A DNA stretch of 64,000 nt from an uncultured virus (IMG/VR IMGVR_UViG_3300011470_000007) (Duplodnaviria; Heunggongvirae; Uroviricota; Caudoviricetes). Every line of letters begins with the position of its first letter. The first letter of the stretch is position 1. The notes below the pieces were generated by a model. That model was not told the origin of the DNA and ran no database searches. It saw only the letters and a list, made by a program, of their open reading frames with translations. Positions 59,372 through 64,000 of this stretch are shown piece by piece. Location of the stretch: IMG/VR virus record IMGVR_UViG_3300011470_000007. The stretch is one strand, 5' to 3'. A program made the translations under genes and the position numbers.

Positions 59372-59570
59372 CGAGTTTTTGTTAGCTATAATTATGCTAA
59401 AATAGTTATGCTTGGGTGTGTCGAGATAAGCCAACTTCCCAGATTGGACGAATAAGACTGCCGTCTCATCGTGTACGGATTTCAGCCCCAAGCACTTCAT
59501 CAAGCGATAATATGCACACTAACTTAGTCGTAACCTGCCAATCTAACACCACTCACATTTCAATACCACT

Positions 59571-60629
59571 ATGACCCCAGCCTCTCAAAAATTTAAAAAT
59601 GCCTTCCTTATATTTTTCGGTTGGTTCTTTGGTATTACCTTCATGTTTACCGCTATTGGTGGTATGGTTAACGGTAATATTATACCTGCACTCATTATTT
59701 TTCTAGGTTCGTCATTGTTTATTCCGAGTATCCGTCAATGGGTTATCAAAAAATTAAACCATAAAGTTACAAGTAAACCATTAGTGATTGGCGGAGTAAT
59801 TTCCACGGTTGTAGCGTTCGCTATGCTATCACCCCAAGAGCCTACCACAAACAGCCCTCACACTACTAATGTTAGCCAAACAGTACCACAGGCAGCAACT
59901 CAAGCTCTAAGTCAACCCAAGCCTATATCTGTCAAAGCTGAACCCATCTCTTCATCCCCTACTTCCCCACAGCAAGCAACCGCACCCATAGCACTAAACA
60001 CCCAAATGCAAGGCGATATAAGCTGTAAGGTGGTGGGAATTTCAGATGGTGACACACTCACTTGTCTCACCAATGACAAATCCCAAATCAAAGTACGTCT
60101 CAACCAAATTGACGCTCCAGAAAAATCACAGGCCTTTGGTACCGCCGCCAAGCAGGCATTATCGGGTTATGTGTTTGGCAAAACAGTTGGCTTAAAAACC
60201 AATGGTACCGATAAATATGGACGTACCGTCGCTGAAGTGTTTGTCGGCGATAAAAATATCAACAAAGCAATGGTCGCCGATGGTTATGCTTGGGCATATC
60301 GTGAATATATGACGGATAACGACTATGGTGACCTAGAGACTAGCGCACGCTCAAATACAAAAGGCTTATGGTCAGAACCTGACCCAATCTATCCGAGTGA
60401 TTTTAGACGGGGCAAACGTGGCGAACAAACCGCCCCTGTCCAAACGCAAACCATTACCCAACAAGTCGAGCAAAAAGCCGTTGCAGATTCAGGTGGTAGC
60501 TGTGGCTCAAAACGATATTGCAAACAAATGGCAACCTGCGCTGAGGCACGCCATTATTTGAATGATTGTGGGGTTAGTCGACTGGATAGAGATGGTGATG
60601 GTGTACCGTGTGAAAGTTTGTGTCAATAA
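59571..60629 (+). CDS. Membrane-anchored thermonuclease (SNase) with Excalibur domain
   Basis: N-terminal TMs; DGDT, VRL.QIDAPE, DKYGRT; LDRDGDGVPCE. Confidence 0.9.
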   Translation: MTPASQKFKNAFLIFFGWFFGITFMFTAIGGMVNGNIIPALIIFLGSSLFIPSIRQWVIKKLNHKVTSKPLVIGGVISTVVAFAMLSPQEPTTNSPHTTNVSQTVPQAATQALSQPKPISVKAEPISSSPTSPQQATAPIALNTQMQGDISCKVVGISDGDTLTCLTNDKSQIKVRLNQIDAPEKSQAFGTAAKQALSGYVFGKTVGLKTNGTDKYGRTVAEVFVGDKNINKAMVADGYAWAYREYMTDNDYGDLETSARSNTKGLWSEPDPIYPSDFRRGKRGEQTAPVQTQTITQQVEQKAVADSGGSCGSKRYCKQMATCAEARHYLNDCGVSRLDRDGDGVPCESLCQ

Positions 60630-60781
60630 ATATTATTATTTTGAATCAAAATTATTGTAGATAAAAACCATAGCCTCTCAACGCTTAGAAATCAGAGTGT
60701 TTTAATAAAAAATTTATTTTTTTTGTCTCGATATTCTAACGAAAAAAAGGTAATATAGGCGTTAGAATTGCGAGGTGTAGT

Positions 60782-61807
60782 ATGCAAATTGAAGCCGTTG
60801 ATCTGTTCTGTGGTGTAGGTGGTCTGACTGCAGGATTAATAAAGTCTGGAATTACTGTTAAAGCAGGTTACGACATAGAGCCAAGCTGCAAATTTGGCTA
60901 TGAGCATAATAATAAAGCGACTTTCGTTTTAAAGGACATTGCACAAGTTAGTGCAGATGAAATAAATTCTTGGTATTCGAAAGGAGCCATTCGTTTGCTT
61001 GCTGGCTGTGCTCCTTGTCAGCCATTTTCAAGTTATAGTAAAGGACGTGATGCGAAACTAGATAAAAAATATCCACTTCTCTACCATTTTTCAAGATTAA
61101 TTGAGGAAGTATATCCTGAATTAGTTACGATGGAGAATGTACCAGACGTTACTTCTCACCAAGTTTATCATGATTTTGTCTCTAAACTTGAATCTTTAGG
61201 ATATATCATTGCCGCTCAAAAAGTTGACTGTGTGAAATACGGCATTCCACAAACTCGCAAACGCCATGTATTACTTGCAACTCGTATTTCAGAAACAATA
61301 AGCTTGATTCCGCCCACGCATGATAAACCAGTTACAGTCAGAGAGGCTATTAAAGGATTACCTGTGCTATACGCAGGAAAACAAAATAAAAATGATCCAT
61401 TACATATTTGCTCTGAGCTTAGCGACCTTAATATGCGTCGCATTAAAGCGTCGAAAGCAGGTGGCACTTGGAAAGATTGGTCATCGGATTTAATCGCAGA
61501 GTGCCATAAGAAAGATTCTGGTAAATCGTTTAGAAGTGTTTATGGTCGTATGGAATGGGATAAACCAGCACCTACTATTACGACTCAATGCTATGGTTTT
61601 GGTAATGGTCGATTCGGTCACCCTTCGCAGCATAGAGCGATTTCAATGCGTGAGGCGGCAATCTTCCAGACATTTCCAGAAGATTACAAATTTACCGATG
61701 GTAAGGTGTTTATTAAAAAAGTGAGTAGAATGATAGGTAATGCTGTACCTGTTAGGTTGGGAGAAATTGTAGGACTTAGTTTTTTTACTAAACAAAACTA
61801 TCAATAA
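60782..61807 (+). CDS. DNA cytosine-C5 methyltransferase
   Basis: DLFCGVGG, PCQ, ENV, PQTRKR, IGNAVP. Confidence 0.95.
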   Translation: MQIEAVDLFCGVGGLTAGLIKSGITVKAGYDIEPSCKFGYEHNNKATFVLKDIAQVSADEINSWYSKGAIRLLAGCAPCQPFSSYSKGRDAKLDKKYPLLYHFSRLIEEVYPELVTMENVPDVTSHQVYHDFVSKLESLGYIIAAQKVDCVKYGIPQTRKRHVLLATRISETISLIPPTHDKPVTVREAIKGLPVLYAGKQNKNDPLHICSELSDLNMRRIKASKAGGTWKDWSSDLIAECHKKDSGKSFRSVYGRMEWDKPAPTITTQCYGFGNGRFGHPSQHRAISMREAAIFQTFPEDYKFTDGKVFIKKVSRMIGNAVPVRLGEIVGLSFFTKQNYQ

Positions 61808-63743
61808 GAGTCTTAATTTTGTCTGCCTCTTTTTCTTTGACCAAAAAATCAGCATATGCTGATTTTGCTTTTAGAAGCATTTCATCATAAGTTGAGATAG
61901 TATATTTGGCTGCCGCTAGCTTTGCCTCGTTCTCCTTTTGATCGCCTTCAATCCTATCACCTATCAAAAATACAACTTTGATTCTATCTTTACTGGCATG
62001 AGGATCTACTGCTTGCAAGCATTTAAATAAAGTTTCTTTATATAAATCACCTTGTCTCATCAAATCATATATATCTAACTTTTTTGGCAATTTAGGGCGC
62101 TTTAATTCGATAATAATATGGTCATCTCCAATATTCCTATATCGTAAGTCAAACCGTCCTTTTTGTTGTTCTGGGGTTAGTTTAGCTTTCACTTTTTCGT
62201 CAAAAGCTTTATGTATATTCTGTTCTTTGAGCTCACTCCCTGCTACCCTCTCCCAAGTTGGGTCAATTAGCCATAGATGAGAATAAATGAAATCTCTAAT
62301 TTTATTTTCGTAATCATTTTGGTTAATTTTATTTTCAATAATTTTTATTGTTTCCAATCTTGCTCTAACAACATCATGATAAAGTGAAATTTCATAAGAA
62401 TCATAACTAGAAAGTATTCTTATTAGTTCCGACGGTCCAGCATCTATAGCATCTGCAAGTTCAATGTTGCTTTTACTTAATCTTAATCTTTCAAATGCCA
62501 ATATGGTACTTCTAAATAATTCTTTTCTATCATTTTCCTTAGGTTCATCAATTTGGAGATTAGATACTGTTTCCAAAAGAGCTTCCGCTTGCTTTTGATG
62601 AGGTACAGGTAATTCTTCTATCCATTTTTTTAATTGGGGGTATTGTTTAACAACTTCTTCTTTATCAAATTTTTTTCTTTCAATCGACCAAATTTGATAC
62701 ATCTCGTTCATTAATTTCTTACCAAACTTTAACAAAGCTTGATATCGTACATCGTCTTCACGAACTCTTTGTCTATCACTAGTAGCAATATCTTCACCAT
62801 CATTTTCATCTAAGAAATCTGCTTGGATTACACCAGTAATGTAAGCTTTCATCAGCCTATTTTCAGATATTTTATCTAATATATTTTCTTGAAACACTCG
62901 TCCCCTTGAAATAACTGATATACCATTCAAATTACCCATATCATAAGTATTTAAATCCTTAGGTTTCAAAGCAGTTCCTAACCACCCATCAAAAGAGTAA
63001 ACTTGATTATCATATATAATTTGATGGTCCGAAAAATTAAAAATTTTTACATCATCAGGAAAATTTATAGAGTCATTATTAGAAAATTTCCAAGCAAATT
63101 GCAAATTGGTAAAATCATCCCTATCAGTTTGAACAATTTTCTCATTATTTATATATACATTAAAATTATCCTTGTCACCGATAACTGAAAATCGTCTTGC
63201 AATCCTTTTTTTCATAGCAGATATAGATTGTCCTAAACGACTCGTCAGAAGTCTTGATAATATAAATCTGGTACCGCTATTTTGTGTAAACTCTTCAACA
63301 TTAATCGGCATTGGATGATATGTTGTACCATTCGTTATATGATTTTTAAGTTGAGTTACATCAATACTTAAAGAATGGGCATCTTGGTTTTCTTTTTTAG
63401 ATGTAATTTCTACATATTCAGCTATTGAAAATAAAGCAAGTTTACCGATTCCTTTTCTTCCCATTACAGGTCTACCCTTTGGACTAAATGGGTGATTTAA
63501 TCTTCTTTTGTATGCAACCTTTAAAAATTTATTATTAAGATCATTTACTGACATACCATGACCATTGTCTGTAATAGTTATAATTGATTTATCATCACTA
63601 ATATTAATATGAACTTCAGTTGCATCTGCATCCCATGCATTCGCAATAATCTCTGTTAAAGCAGCTGCTGTATTGCTATAAAGATTTAGACCAAGATGTT
63701 CTACTGCCGCTAAATCAACAGAAAAAGTATATTGCTCAGACAT
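61788..63743 (-). CDS. GHKL/MORC-type ATPase with C-terminal PD-(D/E)xK-like nuclease
   Basis: EIIANAWDA, DNGHGM, GRKGIGK; RFDL...IIELKRP. Confidence 0.85.
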   Translation of the reverse strand: MSEQYTFSVDLAAVEHLGLNLYSNTAAALTEIIANAWDADATEVHINISDDKSIITITDNGHGMSVNDLNNKFLKVAYKRRLNHPFSPKGRPVMGRKGIGKLALFSIAEYVEITSKKENQDAHSLSIDVTQLKNHITNGTTYHPMPINVEEFTQNSGTRFILSRLLTSRLGQSISAMKKRIARRFSVIGDKDNFNVYINNEKIVQTDRDDFTNLQFAWKFSNNDSINFPDDVKIFNFSDHQIIYDNQVYSFDGWLGTALKPKDLNTYDMGNLNGISVISRGRVFQENILDKISENRLMKAYITGVIQADFLDENDGEDIATSDRQRVREDDVRYQALLKFGKKLMNEMYQIWSIERKKFDKEEVVKQYPQLKKWIEELPVPHQKQAEALLETVSNLQIDEPKENDRKELFRSTILAFERLRLSKSNIELADAIDAGPSELIRILSSYDSYEISLYHDVVRARLETIKIIENKINQNDYENKIRDFIYSHLWLIDPTWERVAGSELKEQNIHKAFDEKVKAKLTPEQQKGRFDLRYRNIGDDHIIIELKRPKLPKKLDIYDLMRQGDLYKETLFKCLQAVDPHASKDRIKVVFLIGDRIEGDQKENEAKLAAAKYTISTYDEMLLKAKSAYADFLVKEKEADKIKTLIDSFV

Positions 63744-64000
63744 AAAACCCTCAATATTTTTAAACTAAATTATTAGATAAGTATCATTTTGGACATCAAA
63801 AAGCCAATCAAGACTGATTGGCTTATGCAAAATTTTATTTATTTTCAAACATTGGAATAACTGATCTATTGGAAGAAACTAAAGTGTCAAAGTTTTGTTT
63901 AATATCTATTACACTACCATCTAAAAAATATATTCTACATGTAGAGCTATTTTCTTTATCTATACACAAAATATTATCTAAATTAATAAAAGTTTTTATA

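Larger units (their letters stand above)
35129..64000. mobile_element. P2-like prophage (right boundary outside window)
   Basis: Q,P divergent from O,N,M,L,X, lysis, R,S,V,W,J,I,H,FI,FII,E/E',T,U,D order. Confidence 0.93.

Noticed and set aside
968..60769. Recurrent TTCTAACG/CGTTAGAA octamer in several intergenic regions
   Set aside because: Occurs in both phages and inside genes; enrichment over background cannot be shown without a genome-wide count
182..63188. Many short antisense or out-of-frame ORFs in the track
   Set aside because: They overlap well-supported genes and lack RBS or recognisable motifs

Overview
The window holds two adjacent prophages in a Moraxellaceae-like host (host identity is an inference). 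(1) A complete ~34.3 kb Mu-like transposable prophage (437-34775) sits inside the 3' part of the Na+/proline symporter gene putP. It has TGT...ACA ends, a 5-bp target duplication (GTCAT) and three TTATTTTAGACT end sites per end. (2) After the putP remnant and a tRNA 3'-end att fragment (35129-35157) comes a P2-like prophage with head, lysis and tail genes plus cargo (Com/adenine MTase, thermonuclease, C5-MTase, GHKL-ATPase/nuclease). It probably continues past the window end. Two features stand out. First, an 84-nt tRNA-shaped RNA with its own sigma70-type promoter lies antisense, directly against the stop codon of a MuF head protein with a C-terminal extension and no protein immunity gene; this is a candidate RNA-decoy antitoxin system. 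Second, in both unrelated phages the tail-sheath gene is split in two by the same three-gene cassette, and its first ORF is joined to the sheath N-terminal piece by a conserved G-GGA-AAG -1 frameshift. All family assignments come from motif and synteny recognition, not database searches.
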